Assembly: GCA_040756875.1 (NCBI GenBank)
Contig: JBFLYH010000002.1
Location: forward strand, 254,526 to 318,525
Direction: 5' to 3'
Source of the DNA: a candidate division FCPU426 bacterium
GTDB taxonomy: Bacteria; Oederibacteriota; JAAXVQ01; JAUVAV01
DNA length: 64,000 nt
Part shown: one piece after another, positions 19,232 to 29,897 of the stretch
Numbering within the stretch: position 1 is the first letter of the stretch
How the letters are laid out: every line of letters begins with the position of its first letter
Translations under genes and position numbers: made by a program
Notes under the pieces: generated by a model
Database searches by the model: none
Seen by the model: only the letters and a program-made list of their open reading frames with translations
What the model was told of the DNA's origin: nothing

Positions 19232-19375
19232 ACCAGCGCAGGGGCATTCCCCGGAATGCCGCCTCACCAGTCTCACCTATAACAAGTATCTGTTCGGATT
19301 CGGATTGGAATTCCGAATCCGAACTCAAAATATCGAAGACCATGAGGCGGTGATGGGAAATGCCTCTGCGCTGGT
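19232..19375. repeat. 144-bp nested inverted repeat (long hairpin) between convergent genes
   Basis: Outer ~21-bp IR ACCAGCGCAGGGGCATTCCCC / GGGAAATGCCTCTGCGCTGGT; middle CCGCCTCA/TGAGGCGG; inner perfect 13-bp IR at 19292-19304 / 19312-19324. Confidence 0.8.
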
Positions 19376-19380
19376 CTACC

Positions 19381-20442
<1,062 letters not shown>

Positions 20443-20603
20443 GGGTATGCTCCTGATCTCAACGATCTAAATCATATTCTTTATCCCTCCCCCTGCGAGG
20501 AGGGAGGGGGATACTATTCACGGATAACATCCATTCTAAAAAAAAACCACAGATCCTCGGCGCAAGGGGCTAGCCGCCCGCGCAGGAACCCGTGGTTAAA
20601 AAG

Positions 20604-21290
20604 CTACAGCGCCTGGTACTTGGCCCGGACCTCGGCCGTCTTGCCGCAGGTCATCTCCCCTTCCGGGCACGGACCGGACGCGCATCCCGGCCCGGCCTGG
20701 TGGAAAATGCTCGGCGCCTGCGCCTTGGCCAGGGCCAGCATGCGGTCCGCCAGCTCGTGGATCTCCCACTGCGCCCGGTTGCAGCAGCGCAGGCGGAAGA
20801 AATGCAGCAGCTCCCGCGCGTTCATGGTGACCACGATCTTGGATTCGCAGGCATTGGGCAGCAGGTAGCGGGCATCCTCGGCCGGCACGCCCGCGGCCAG
20901 CAGCGCCTCGTAGGCTTCGCCCACCACGGCCAGGGCCGCGGAAAAACGCCCGGCCAGGTCCGGCCGGGCGGCCACGGACGGTGGTGTGACGTAGGGAAAA
21001 TCGCGCAGGGTGACATAACGCTGGCTTTGCTGGGAATAGGAGGCCAGGCGGTGGCGCACCAGCTGGTGCGTTAGGGCCCGGGACACGCCTTCCACGCCGA
21101 AGGTGAATGACACGTGCTCCAGGGCCGAATGGTGGCCCAGTTTGACCAGGCGGCGGATGAAGGCGGCGGTTTTTTCCGGAGTCAGCTTTTCGGCGATGGT
21201 CCCGAGGTCCGAGGCGGAATAGCACAGGCGTGCGGCTTGCGCCACCACCTGCTCAGGGTCCTGCGGGAATTTGAGCAGCATCACCTGCAT
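20604..21290 (-). CDS. thyX: FAD-dependent thymidylate synthase
   Basis: GHHSALEH, RHRLASYSQQSQRY, EDARYLLP, RAQWEI. Confidence 0.96.
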   Translation of the reverse strand: MQVMLLKFPQDPEQVVAQAARLCYSASDLGTIAEKLTPEKTAAFIRRLVKLGHHSALEHVSFTFGVEGVSRALTHQLVRHRLASYSQQSQRYVTLRDFPYVTPPSVAARPDLAGRFSAALAVVGEAYEALLAAGVPAEDARYLLPNACESKIVVTMNARELLHFFRLRCCNRAQWEIHELADRMLALAKAQAPSIFHQAGPGCASGPCPEGEMTCGKTAEVRAKYQAL

Positions 21291-21330
21291 AAGGCCACCG
21301 AGGGTCGGTCCGGGTTGGGGTGCGGGAAGG

Positions 21331-21540
21331 CTAGGATTTTTTGGCGTCGTAACGGCGGCGGAACTTCTCCACGCGGCCGGCCGTGTCCACCAGCTTCTGC
21401 GTGCCGGTGAAGAACGGGTGGCACGAGGAGCAGATTTCCACGCGCATGGTGGGCGGAACCGTGGAACGGGTTTCGACTACGTTGCCGCAGGCGCACACGA
21501 ATTTCGTGGGTTCATATTTGGGGTGCAACTTTTCCTTCAT
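21331..21540 (-). CDS. rpmE: 50S ribosomal protein L31 (Zn-binding type)
   Basis: [29 protein letters not shown]. Confidence 0.97.
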   Translation of the reverse strand: MKEKLHPKYEPTKFVCACGNVVETRSTVPPTMRVEICSSCHPFFTGTQKLVDTAGRVEKFRRRYDAKKS

Positions 21541-21697
21541 GGAACGATCCTCCTTCAAACTTTGAAAAGCGCGGTATTGTAGCACAGCTGAAAAGAAGAG
21601 GCAAGCGATCCTGCGGACCTTTTCGGCTTTTCGCGGATCCCGGTACCCCTTGAAATCGCCTTTTATTTCAAGCGTTTAATCGCCGCACAACGGTCTG

Positions 21698-22945
21698 CTA
21701 GGTGTTCATGGCATCAAGGAAGGCTTTGTTGTTCTTGGTCTTGCCCATTTTATCCAGGAGCAATTCCATGGCTTCCACCATGGAAATCGGGTTCAGGACT
21801 TTGCGCAGCAGCCAGATGCGCGCCAGGTCCTCGGGCGGAATCAGCAGCTCCTCTTTGCGGGTGCCGGAGCGCTGGATGTCAATGGCCGGGAAAACGCGCT
21901 TCTCCACGAGCTTGCGGTCCAGGCACAGTTCCATGTTGCCCGTGCCCTTGAACTCTTCGAAAATGACTTCGTCCATGCGGCTGCCCGTGTCCACCAGGGC
22001 CGTGGCGATGATGGTGAGGCTGCCGCCCTCCTCCAGGGCGCGGGCCGCGCCGAAGAAGCGCTTGGGGCGCTGCAGGGCGTTGGAGTCCACGCCGCCGGAC
22101 AGGATCTTGCCGGACGAGGGGATGATGGTGTTGTGGGCCCGGCCCAGGCGGGTGATGGAGTCGAGCAGGATCACCACGTCGCGCTTGTGCTCCACCAGGC
22201 GCTTGGCCTTCTCGATCACCATGTCCGCGACCTGCACGTGCCGGTCCGCCGGCTCGTCGAAGGTCGAGGAGATGACCTCGCCCTTGACCGAGCGCTGCAT
22301 GTCCGTGACTTCCTCGGGGCGCTCGTCGATGAGGAGCACGATCAGCCAGATGTCCGGATTGTTGGCCGTGATGGCGTTGGCGATTTTCTGTAACAGGATC
22401 GTCTTGCCGGTGCGGGGCGGGGCCACGATCAGCCCGCGCTGCCCTTTGCCGATGGGGATCAGGAGGTCCATGATGCGGGTGCTGATGTCGCCGCCCGGGT
22501 ACTCGAGCTTGATCCGCTCGCGGGGATGGATGGGCGTGAGGTTGTCGAACAGGATCTTGTCGACCTGCTTCTCCGGCGGCTCGAAATTGATGTTCTCGAC
22601 CTTCAGCAGGGCGAAGTAGCGCTCCCCTTCCTTGGGCGGCCGTACCTGGCCGGTCACCGTGTCGCCGGTCCGCAGGTCGAAGCGCCGGATCTGTGAGGGG
22701 GAAACGTAGATGTCGTCCGGCCCGGGCAGGTAATTGTAGTCCGGCGAACGCAGGAAGCCGAAGCCGTCGGGCAGCACCTCCAACACGCCTTCGGCGCTGA
22801 TTTCTCCGTTTTGCAAAGCCTGGGCCTCGATGATCTTGAAGATCAGCTCCTGGGTCTTGAGTCCCGAGACCCCGGTGAGCTTGAGCTTTTTGGCCATGCC
22901 GTTCAGCTCGGAGATGCTTTTATGCTTTAATTCGGTAATATTCAT
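21698..22945 (-). CDS. rho: Transcription termination factor Rho
   Basis: [38 protein letters not shown]. Confidence 0.99.
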   Translation of the reverse strand: MNITELKHKSISELNGMAKKLKLTGVSGLKTQELIFKIIEAQALQNGEISAEGVLEVLPDGFGFLRSPDYNYLPGPDDIYVSPSQIRRFDLRTGDTVTGQVRPPKEGERYFALLKVENINFEPPEKQVDKILFDNLTPIHPRERIKLEYPGGDISTRIMDLLIPIGKGQRGLIVAPPRTGKTILLQKIANAITANNPDIWLIVLLIDERPEEVTDMQRSVKGEVISSTFDEPADRHVQVADMVIEKAKRLVEHKRDVVILLDSITRLGRAHNTIIPSSGKILSGGVDSNALQRPKRFFGAARALEEGGSLTIIATALVDTGSRMDEVIFEEFKGTGNMELCLDRKLVEKRVFPAIDIQRSGTRKEELLIPPEDLARIWLLRKVLNPISMVEAMELLLDKMGKTKNNKAFLDAMNT

Positions 22946-23195
22946 GCCCTTTCCTTCCTGCGCGGACGGTCGTTGGGCGTCGGCGCAATAGTCCAGTGGA
23001 CGCGGTTGATGCGGCTGATGAGGCTGGGTTGGAAGCTTACCACCAGTATCGGTTCATCCTTGGAATGAATTGAGCGTTCAACGTGCGGACCCCTCAAGCG
23101 CTGCGCTGAAACTTCCGGGAATGGATCCTATACCTGCGGGATAAGTGTTCGTGATGATTAGGCATCCGATCGCGCCTTTTGGGTAGGCGCATTGA

Positions 23196-23224
23196 AGTAT
23201 AGCCAAGGACCCGCACCCTGTCAA
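23196..23224 (-). promoter_or_regulatory. Sigma-70 type promoter of rho
   Basis: Minus strand TTGACA (23224-23219), 17 bp, TATACT (23201-23196), with an AT-rich stretch upstream. Confidence 0.85.
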
Positions 23225-23252
23225 CTTTATTAATATCTTTTTTTCTCCCGGC

Positions 23253-24707
23253 CTAGGCGCCGCGTTTGCCCATGGACTCATCGTAGGGTTTCACCAAGTC
23301 GCGGCCGTCCCGCTTCGCCTGGTACAAAGCGGTGTCCGCGGTGGTGATCAGGACTTCCCGCGACAGCGCATGGTCGGGATAAACGCTCACCCCGGCGGAA
23401 ATCGTCAGCGTCAGCTTGAGCCCGCCCGCCTCGATCGGTGTTGCCTTGAGATAGGAATTGATCCCCTGGGCCACTACGACCGCCCGGGCCAGGGGCGTGT
23501 TGGGCAGAAGCACCGCGAATTCCTCCCCGCCGTAGCGGGCCGCCAGGGCCGTGGGCCCGGCCATTTCCTGGATCCGGCTTGCGGCCTCCACCAGGACCGC
23601 GTCGCCGGCTTGGTGGCCGTGCTGGTCGTTGACGCGCTTGAAATGGTCCAGGTCCAGCATGATCAGGGACAGGTGCTGGCGGTAGCGTTCCGCGCGGTGC
23701 AGCTCCTCGCGCAGGCGTTCCTGAAAGTAGCGGTGCACGTACAGGCCGGTCTGGCTGTCCGTAAAGGACAGGGTCTGGACCTTGCGGTACAGGAGCGATT
23801 TGCGCAGGGCGAAAACGATCTGCTTGCCCAGGGTCTCGGCCTGCGAAAAATCCGTGGGCGTAAAGCTTCCGGGCTGGGCCGTGGCCAGGAGCATCAAGCC
23901 GATGACGATGTCGTGCATGATCAGCGGAATGCCCACCAGCGACCGCAGCTGGCTCTGCTGGGTCAGATAACGGAAGCGCGGGTCCGCGCACATGTCCTTG
24001 ATCCGGATGGCGCTGTAGGAATCGCCCAGCCAGGCCAGGATTTCGGCGGCGGGCAGCCGGTCCGGAAAGCCCTCGTCCGACACCTCGTGCCCGCGCAGGC
24101 CCACGCGCAGAAAATCCTCCGAATCGTCGTCAGGCACGTAAAACGCCAGGCGCGCGTCCTCTTCGCTTTGGTCCGAGAAGTGTTGCGGAAAGAGCTGAGC
24201 CACTTCCACCCGGGCTTCGTCCAGCATGCTTTCAAGCTTGATGGTGCCGGAAAGCTTCTTGGCCACCTGGTACAGCGTGATCAAATTGTCCAGTTTTTCT
24301 TTGTAGCCCTCGATCTGTCGGCTGATCTGGTAGCCCTTCCGCTCCACCCGCAACAATTCATGCTCCAGGGGCTGGCGTTCCTTGGCTTCGGCTTTGAGGC
24401 GGGCGTCCCGGTCCTGCGACAGCAGGGCCGCCAGCCCGGAGGCTATGCCGACCGCCACCAGCGCGGTGACCGCGGCCGGCTGCGGCAGCCAGTGCAGCCA
24501 GAAACCGGCCACCAGAGACGCGACCGCCAGTACGCTGGTCACCACGATGCCGATCGAAAACTCCAGCACCCCGCCCAGGAGCACCAGGGGAATCAGGAAC
24601 AGCGCGAAGCCGTTGGCTGTTTTCGGGTTCTGGCCCAGCAGCATCAGGCTCATGGCCAGCAGCCAGCCCAGCACCAAGGCGCTGTAGTGCCTGACCGGGC
24701 GGTTCAT
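23253..24707 (-). CDS. Membrane-bound GAF-GGDEF diguanylate cyclase
   Basis: N-terminal TM helices, coiled coil, GAF, DLDHFKRVND, ARYGGEEF; start 24707 forms an ATGA overlap with the upstream gene. Confidence 0.92.
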   Translation of the reverse strand: MNRPVRHYSALVLGWLLAMSLMLLGQNPKTANGFALFLIPLVLLGGVLEFSIGIVVTSVLAVASLVAGFWLHWLPQPAAVTALVAVGIASGLAALLSQDRDARLKAEAKERQPLEHELLRVERKGYQISRQIEGYKEKLDNLITLYQVAKKLSGTIKLESMLDEARVEVAQLFPQHFSDQSEEDARLAFYVPDDDSEDFLRVGLRGHEVSDEGFPDRLPAAEILAWLGDSYSAIRIKDMCADPRFRYLTQQSQLRSLVGIPLIMHDIVIGLMLLATAQPGSFTPTDFSQAETLGKQIVFALRKSLLYRKVQTLSFTDSQTGLYVHRYFQERLREELHRAERYRQHLSLIMLDLDHFKRVNDQHGHQAGDAVLVEAASRIQEMAGPTALAARYGGEEFAVLLPNTPLARAVVVAQGINSYLKATPIEAGGLKLTLTISAGVSVYPDHALSREVLITTADTALYQAKRDGRDLVKPYDESMGKRGA

Positions 24708-26125
24708 GATCCGGCTCCGGCCGCGAGAATGCGGTTGCGCCCCTGCCGTTTTGCCTGGTACAGGGCGGCGTCGGTCTGGCGGATGATTTCGTTCATGTCC
24801 TTTCCGTTCCGCGGGCATTCGCCCACGCCGCCGCTGATCGTGAGGTGCAGCACCTCGGTGTTGGCCTGAAAGCCCCGTTGCGCAATGCGGTCGCGGATGC
24901 GCTCGGCCATGACCAGGGCTCCTTCCTGGGCGGTGTGGGGCAGGATCAGGGCGAATTCCTCGCCTCCGAAGCGGCATACCAGGTCCATGACGCGGGCTTC
25001 GGCTTTCAGGGCCTCCCCAAACTGCGCCAGAACCTGGTCGCCCGCCAGGTGCCCCAGGCGGTCGTTGATGCGCTTGAAGTGGTCGATGTCGAGGATGAGG
25101 AGCGAAAACGCCTCGCCGTGTTCCCGGAAACGCTGCAGTTCCTCGGCGAAGCGCTGATTGAAGAAACGCCGCAAATACAGGCCGGTCAGCCCGTCGGTAA
25201 TGGCCAGTTCCTGGGCGCACTGGTAGAGATTGGCGTTTTCCGCGGCCACGCCGGCCAGGTCGCCCAGCAGGGTGAACAGGCGCAAATCATCCTTGGTGAA
25301 GATGTCCGGCCAGGGGCTTTCGGCCCGCAGCAGGCCGAAAACGTGACCGGCCGAGAGCATGGGCACCAGCATGAGGTTCCGGACCAGCACGCCGGGCTCC
25401 GGGGCCTGGAAACGGAAATCATGCTGGGTGTCGCTGACCAGGAGCGGCGTGCGGTGCTGCAGGGTCCAGCGGGTGTAGGGATCGTCGGGCTGCTGCTTCT
25501 GCTCCGCGTCCGGCGGCAGGCACTGGCAGACCGCTTCTGTCCGTTCGGGAAACTCGAAGGACACCAGGTAGCGACCGCGCTCCGCGCCGATGATCTGCCG
25601 CACTTCGGCCAGCACCTTGTCCGCGAGCTTGTCCAGCGCCAACTGCGAACCGAAGACGCGCGAAGCCCGGTTGAGGTCGGAGTACTTCTTGAATTTTTTC
25701 TGATTCGAGACGTTGACCACCAGATCGGTTTTATACTGGTCGCGCGCCAGGGCCAGGCGTTCGCGCAGGCGGTCCAGGGTGCGCCCGTGCTCCCGCTGTT
25801 CAGCCGCGAGGCGGACATGGTGGAACAGGGCCACGCCCCAGGCCATGAGCGCGACCGGCACGTGAACCAGCAGCGCGGAACGGGCGGCCGGCTCCGTTTC
25901 CCGCAGGGCCAGAAACCAGAAGAGCAGCACCGTGAACACCGCCAGGCCGTTTCCGGCCACCAGGCCCGTGCACCACAAGGCCGCGACCGGGATCAGCACG
26001 GCCGCGGACAGCCAGCCCCGTTCGCCGGAGAGATGGACCATCAGCACCAGCGCAGGATAGGCCAGCAGCAGGCCCAGCAGGCACAGCCAGCGGTAGCGTG
26101 GGTTGCATTGCGCCCAAAAGAGCAT
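24704..26125 (-). CDS. Membrane-bound GAF-GGDEF diguanylate cyclase
   Basis: TM helices, GAF, DIDHFKRIND, RVMD I-site, CRFGGEEF. Confidence 0.92.
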   Translation of the reverse strand: MLFWAQCNPRYRWLCLLGLLLAYPALVLMVHLSGERGWLSAAVLIPVAALWCTGLVAGNGLAVFTVLLFWFLALRETEPAARSALLVHVPVALMAWGVALFHHVRLAAEQREHGRTLDRLRERLALARDQYKTDLVVNVSNQKKFKKYSDLNRASRVFGSQLALDKLADKVLAEVRQIIGAERGRYLVSFEFPERTEAVCQCLPPDAEQKQQPDDPYTRWTLQHRTPLLVSDTQHDFRFQAPEPGVLVRNLMLVPMLSAGHVFGLLRAESPWPDIFTKDDLRLFTLLGDLAGVAAENANLYQCAQELAITDGLTGLYLRRFFNQRFAEELQRFREHGEAFSLLILDIDHFKRINDRLGHLAGDQVLAQFGEALKAEARVMDLVCRFGGEEFALILPHTAQEGALVMAERIRDRIAQRGFQANTEVLHLTISGGVGECPRNGKDMNEIIRQTDAALYQAKRQGRNRILAAGAGS

Positions 26126-26130
26126 CCGGC

Positions 26131-26856
26131 CTACCTCCTGTCCCGGAAATGCGGCCAGGCCGCGCGGGCCGCCTGCCTCAGGTCCGCCAGGGAACCTCGG
26201 TTGGCCAGGGTCATATCCGCCACCCGCCGGTAATCCGCGTTAGGCCGCTGGCGCCTGATCCTGGCCAGCGCGGCAGCCGGGGACAGCCCGAGCTTCCGCA
26301 CCAGGCGTTGAACCCGGGCGGCGGACGGCGCCTGTACCCACATCACCCGGCGGCCCAGGCCGCGGAAAATTTTTTCTGTGTATACCGCCATGTCCAGCAC
26401 CAGGGGCTGCGTCCGGCGGCTGCGGTGGTTCCGGATCTCCTGCTCCAGCAGGCGGCGCAGGCGCGGATGCGTGATCCGGTTCAGGGTCCGCAGCGCGCGG
26501 CGGTCGGCGAACACCGCGGCGCCCAGCCGGTCGCGGCGGATGGCGCCGTTCGCGGACACCGCCCAGGGCAGTCGGTCCAGGGCACGGCCCCGGCGATCCG
26601 TAAAATCCGCGGGCGACAGCGGCGGCCGCACGGCGCGCCGTTTCCCCCAGCGCGCCTCGCAAAAAGCATCCAGGATTTCATGCCAGGCCGGCGCGCCGGT
26701 TGCGAGCAGCCGGCGGGCGAGGCGGTCAACGTCCAGCACGCGCGCACCCAGGCGGCCGAAGACCGCGGCCACGGTGCTTTTACCCGAGCCGCTGCCTCCG
26801 GTCACGATTAACACCGGTGCTGCACTGGCGGACGTGCGCTTTTTCACCCCCGGCAC
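26131..26856 (-). CDS. coaE: Dephospho-CoA kinase
   Basis: VTGGSGSGKSTV, LDVDRLAR, RDRLGAAVF, LNRITHP; follows polA. Confidence 0.9.
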   Translation of the reverse strand: MPGVKKRTSASAAPVLIVTGGSGSGKSTVAAVFGRLGARVLDVDRLARRLLATGAPAWHEILDAFCEARWGKRRAVRPPLSPADFTDRRGRALDRLPWAVSANGAIRRDRLGAAVFADRRALRTLNRITHPRLRRLLEQEIRNHRSRRTQPLVLDMAVYTEKIFRGLGRRVMWVQAPSAARVQRLVRKLGLSPAAALARIRRQRPNADYRRVADMTLANRGSLADLRQAARAAWPHFRDRR

Positions 26857-26977
26857 TCCTTCAATATCGTTCGGCTGGTCCTTCCCCTCCTGGGGGAGGG
26901 TTTGATCGGACAGGCGGGAATACTATTGTGGACCTATTATACGCGAGCTGTTCCGGCGCCACACCGGAAAACCGCTT

Positions 26978-29563
26978 TCACCCGTGCGCTTCCATCCAGT
27001 TGCGCCCCCAGGCCGCCTCCACCACCAGCGGCACTTTCAGGGGGACAATGCCGCCCATGCGGGCCACGACCATGTCCCGCAGGCCGGGCATCTCGGCTTC
27101 CGGGCCTTCGAACAGCAATTCATCGTGCACTTGCAGGATCATGCGGGATTGCAGCCGCTTCGCTTCCAGGTCCTTGGCCACGGCCACCATGGCCAGTTTG
27201 ATCAGATCCGCGGCCGCTCCCTGGATGGGCGTATTGATGGCCATGCGCTCTCCCGCCTCGCGGACCGCGCGGTTGGCCGAGGCCACGTCGGGCGTGGACC
27301 GGCGGCGCCCCATGAAGGTGGCGACGAAGCCCTGGCGCCGGGCGTCGGTCAGCAGCTGGTCCAGGTAGCGCCGCACCCGGGGGTAACGGGCGTAGAACCC
27401 GTCGATGAATGACTTGGCGCGCTGGTTCGAAATGCGCAGCTGCCGCGCCAGCCCAAAAGGACTGACACCGTAGGCGATGCCGAAATTACAGGTTTTTGCC
27501 TGCCTCCGCATTTCGGGCGTCACCTGCTCGCGCGGCACGTTGAAAATGTCGGCGGCCGTGGCCTGATGGATGTCCAGCCCCTGCTCGAAATCCGCGATCA
27601 TGCGCGGGTCGCCGGAGAGGTGGGCCAGGAGGCGCAGCTCGATCTGGGAGTAGTCCGCCGAAAGCAGGCAATATCCCGGTTCGCCGGGCACGAACATCCG
27701 GCGCAGCTGGCGGCCGCGTTCGGTCCTCACCGGAATGTTCTGGAGGTTCGGGTCCGACGAAGACAGGCGGCCCGTGGCCGCGCCCACCTGGTGGAACGTC
27801 GTGTGCACGCGGCGGTCCCGCGGGTCCACCAGTTGCGGCAGCACGTCCAGGTAGGTGGACTTCAGCTTCTGCGCCTGGCGGTAATCGAGGATCTTCTGCG
27901 GCAGGGGGTGCTGGGCCGCCAATTGCTCAAGCACGTCCACGCTGGTCGAACGGCCGGTTTTGGTTTTCTTCCCGGAGGCCAGGCCCAGGCGGTCGAACAG
28001 CACCTCGGCCAGCTGCTGGGTCGAGCGCAGGTTGAACGGCCCGCCGGCCAGCCCGTTGATCTCGTTTTCCAGTTCCGCCATCTCCCGGCCCAGGTCCGCG
28101 GCCATGTCCGACAGGGCCCGGCTGTCCACGGCTACGCCGCGCGCTTCCATGGCGGCCAGCACGGGCAGCAGGGGCAGCTCCACCTCGCGGTAGAGGCGTT
28201 CCGACTCGCCCTGGGCGAGCTGGGCCAGCAGGTTCGGCCCCACCAGCAGCCAGGCGCAGGCCAGCACGGCGAGCTTGTCCTCGGGCGGCGGGCCGCCCAG
28301 AAGCCGCGCGACGAAATCCGCGGGCCGGTTGCTCGGCAGGTCCAGCAGGTGCGCGGCCAGGTGCAGGTCGTCCAGGGAACCCTGCAGGCTGCTCCCCAGG
28401 CGGCGCAGGGCCGCGTCCACGGGCTTGAGGTCATACCCGATTTTAGCGACGGCCGGGTCGTTCAGGACGGCCGTCACGCCGGGTTGCGCGGCCAACAAAT
28501 CCGTGAGCGCTGATTTCGATTCCGGGTCAGGATACGGCAGCCAGGCCGCGGTCCGGGTGGAGGCGGCCAGGGCCAGGCCCTGGGGCAGGCTTTCCACGGC
28601 CAGGAGGCCGGCTTGGCGTGCCTCGGCCAGCACCGCGTCCGTCGCCGCGGCGGCGGACAATTCCTGCGCCCAGGCGCCGGCAACCGCAGGGGCCGCGCCC
28701 TGGCGCAAGAGCAGGCGTTTGAATCCCAGTTCGGCCAGCAAGGCCAGGGCCGCGTCCGGCGTTTTGGCCGGAAGCGCGAGGTCCTGCCATTTCAGCGACA
28801 GGGGCGCGTCCTGGCGCAAAACCACCAGGCCGAAGGCCTGCTCGGCCGCGGCTTGATGCGCCGAGAGTTTTTCGCGCAGCTTGGCTTGGGGCACGCGGTC
28901 CAGGCTGCGGTACAACGCTGCCAGGGAGCCGTGCGTTCGGATCAACTCCACCGCGGTTTTGGGGCCCACGCCCGGCACGCCGGGGATGTTGTCCGAACTG
29001 TCGCCCATGAGCGCCAGGACGTCCGCCACCTGGGTGGGCGGCACGCCGAAAAACGCCTCCACCCTGGCCGGGTCCAGCACCTCGTATTCCTTCTGGCCCG
29101 CGCGCTGGGGTTTGACCAGGCTGACGCCCTGGCCCACGAGCTGCAGCAGGTCCTTGTCATTGCTGAAGATGAGCACTTCAAAGTCTTCGTCCTGCGCCCG
29201 CCGCGCCAGGGTGCCGATGAGATCATCCGCCTCCCAGCCCGGCTGTTCAAGCGGCCGGACCGCGAAAGCCTCGGTCAGCGACTTCACCAGGGGAATTTGT
29301 TCCACCAGGGCTTCGGGCACGGCTTCGCGCTGGGCTTTGTAGGCCGGGAACTGCTGGTGCCGGTGCGTGGGCTCGGGCCGATCGAACACCGCGGCCGCGT
29401 GCGTGGGCGAGAACGTTTCGATCAGGTTGAGCAGGGTTTGGGCAAAGCCGAAGACCGCGTTCACCGGCCGGCCCTTGGGGTCGGTGAGCTCTTTGATGGC
29501 GTAAAAGGCCCGGTACAGCTGGGCCGTGCCGTCGATCAACAGCAGTTTTTTCTTCAATGCCAA
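26978..29563 (-). CDS. polA: DNA polymerase I
   Basis: 5'-3' exonuclease (LLIDG, EADDLIGT, GDSSDNIPGVPG) and polymerase motifs (ADYSQIELR, KTCNFGIAYG, LQVHDEL). Confidence 0.98.
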   Translation of the reverse strand: MALKKKLLLIDGTAQLYRAFYAIKELTDPKGRPVNAVFGFAQTLLNLIETFSPTHAAAVFDRPEPTHRHQQFPAYKAQREAVPEALVEQIPLVKSLTEAFAVRPLEQPGWEADDLIGTLARRAQDEDFEVLIFSNDKDLLQLVGQGVSLVKPQRAGQKEYEVLDPARVEAFFGVPPTQVADVLALMGDSSDNIPGVPGVGPKTAVELIRTHGSLAALYRSLDRVPQAKLREKLSAHQAAAEQAFGLVVLRQDAPLSLKWQDLALPAKTPDAALALLAELGFKRLLLRQGAAPAVAGAWAQELSAAAATDAVLAEARQAGLLAVESLPQGLALAASTRTAAWLPYPDPESKSALTDLLAAQPGVTAVLNDPAVAKIGYDLKPVDAALRRLGSSLQGSLDDLHLAAHLLDLPSNRPADFVARLLGGPPPEDKLAVLACAWLLVGPNLLAQLAQGESERLYREVELPLLPVLAAMEARGVAVDSRALSDMAADLGREMAELENEINGLAGGPFNLRSTQQLAEVLFDRLGLASGKKTKTGRSTSVDVLEQLAAQHPLPQKILDYRQAQKLKSTYLDVLPQLVDPRDRRVHTTFHQVGAATGRLSSSDPNLQNIPVRTERGRQLRRMFVPGEPGYCLLSADYSQIELRLLAHLSGDPRMIADFEQGLDIHQATAADIFNVPREQVTPEMRRQAKTCNFGIAYGVSPFGLARQLRISNQRAKSFIDGFYARYPRVRRYLDQLLTDARRQGFVATFMGRRRSTPDVASANRAVREAGERMAINTPIQGAAADLIKLAMVAVAKDLEAKRLQSRMILQVHDELLFEGPEAEMPGLRDMVVARMGGIVPLKVPLVVEAAWGRNWMEAHG

Positions 29564-29626
29564 ACTCCCTTCAATGCATCCGCCCCTGAGTCACACAGAT
29601 GAACTTGGAAATACAAAACATAAAGC

Positions 29627-29875
29627 CGATCACGAAGAACACGAATGCACCACTGAATACACGAAGCTGGTCAGCGTTAAAGATTCTTACTCCCGTTCCC
29701 CTTCGTGGCCTTCGTGCTCAGCTTCGTGCCCTTCGTGGTAAATGACTTCGATCTTAAAAATGCTTCACCACGAAGCCACGAAGAACACGAAGAAACGCAG
29801 AGGCCGGGGTTAAAGGCCTTTACTCCCGTTCCCCTTCGTGGCCTTCGTGCTCAGCTTCGTGCCCTTCGTGGTCCG
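29627..29875. repeat. Tandem pair of CACGAAG/CTTCGTG palindromic repeat units
   Basis: Exact 53-bp direct repeat at 29687-29739 and 29820-29872 (period 133); each CTTCGTG cluster is preceded by a complementary CACGAA(G) cluster. Confidence 0.85.
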
Positions 29876-29897
29876 TCTTTTATAAGTGGTTTAGGGC

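Noticed and set aside
23253-25220. 655-aa version of the GGDEF protein
   Set aside because: The extension overlaps the upstream cyclase in another frame; the start at 24707 gives an ATGA coupling.
28200-28700. Degenerate 3'-5' exonuclease domain of PolA
   Set aside because: Loss of proofreading residues is common in PolA of many bacterial lineages.
29687-29872. Possible CRISPR (53-bp exact direct repeat)
   Set aside because: Two copies only, and the intervening DNA is complementary to the repeat, so these are hairpin units rather than spacers.
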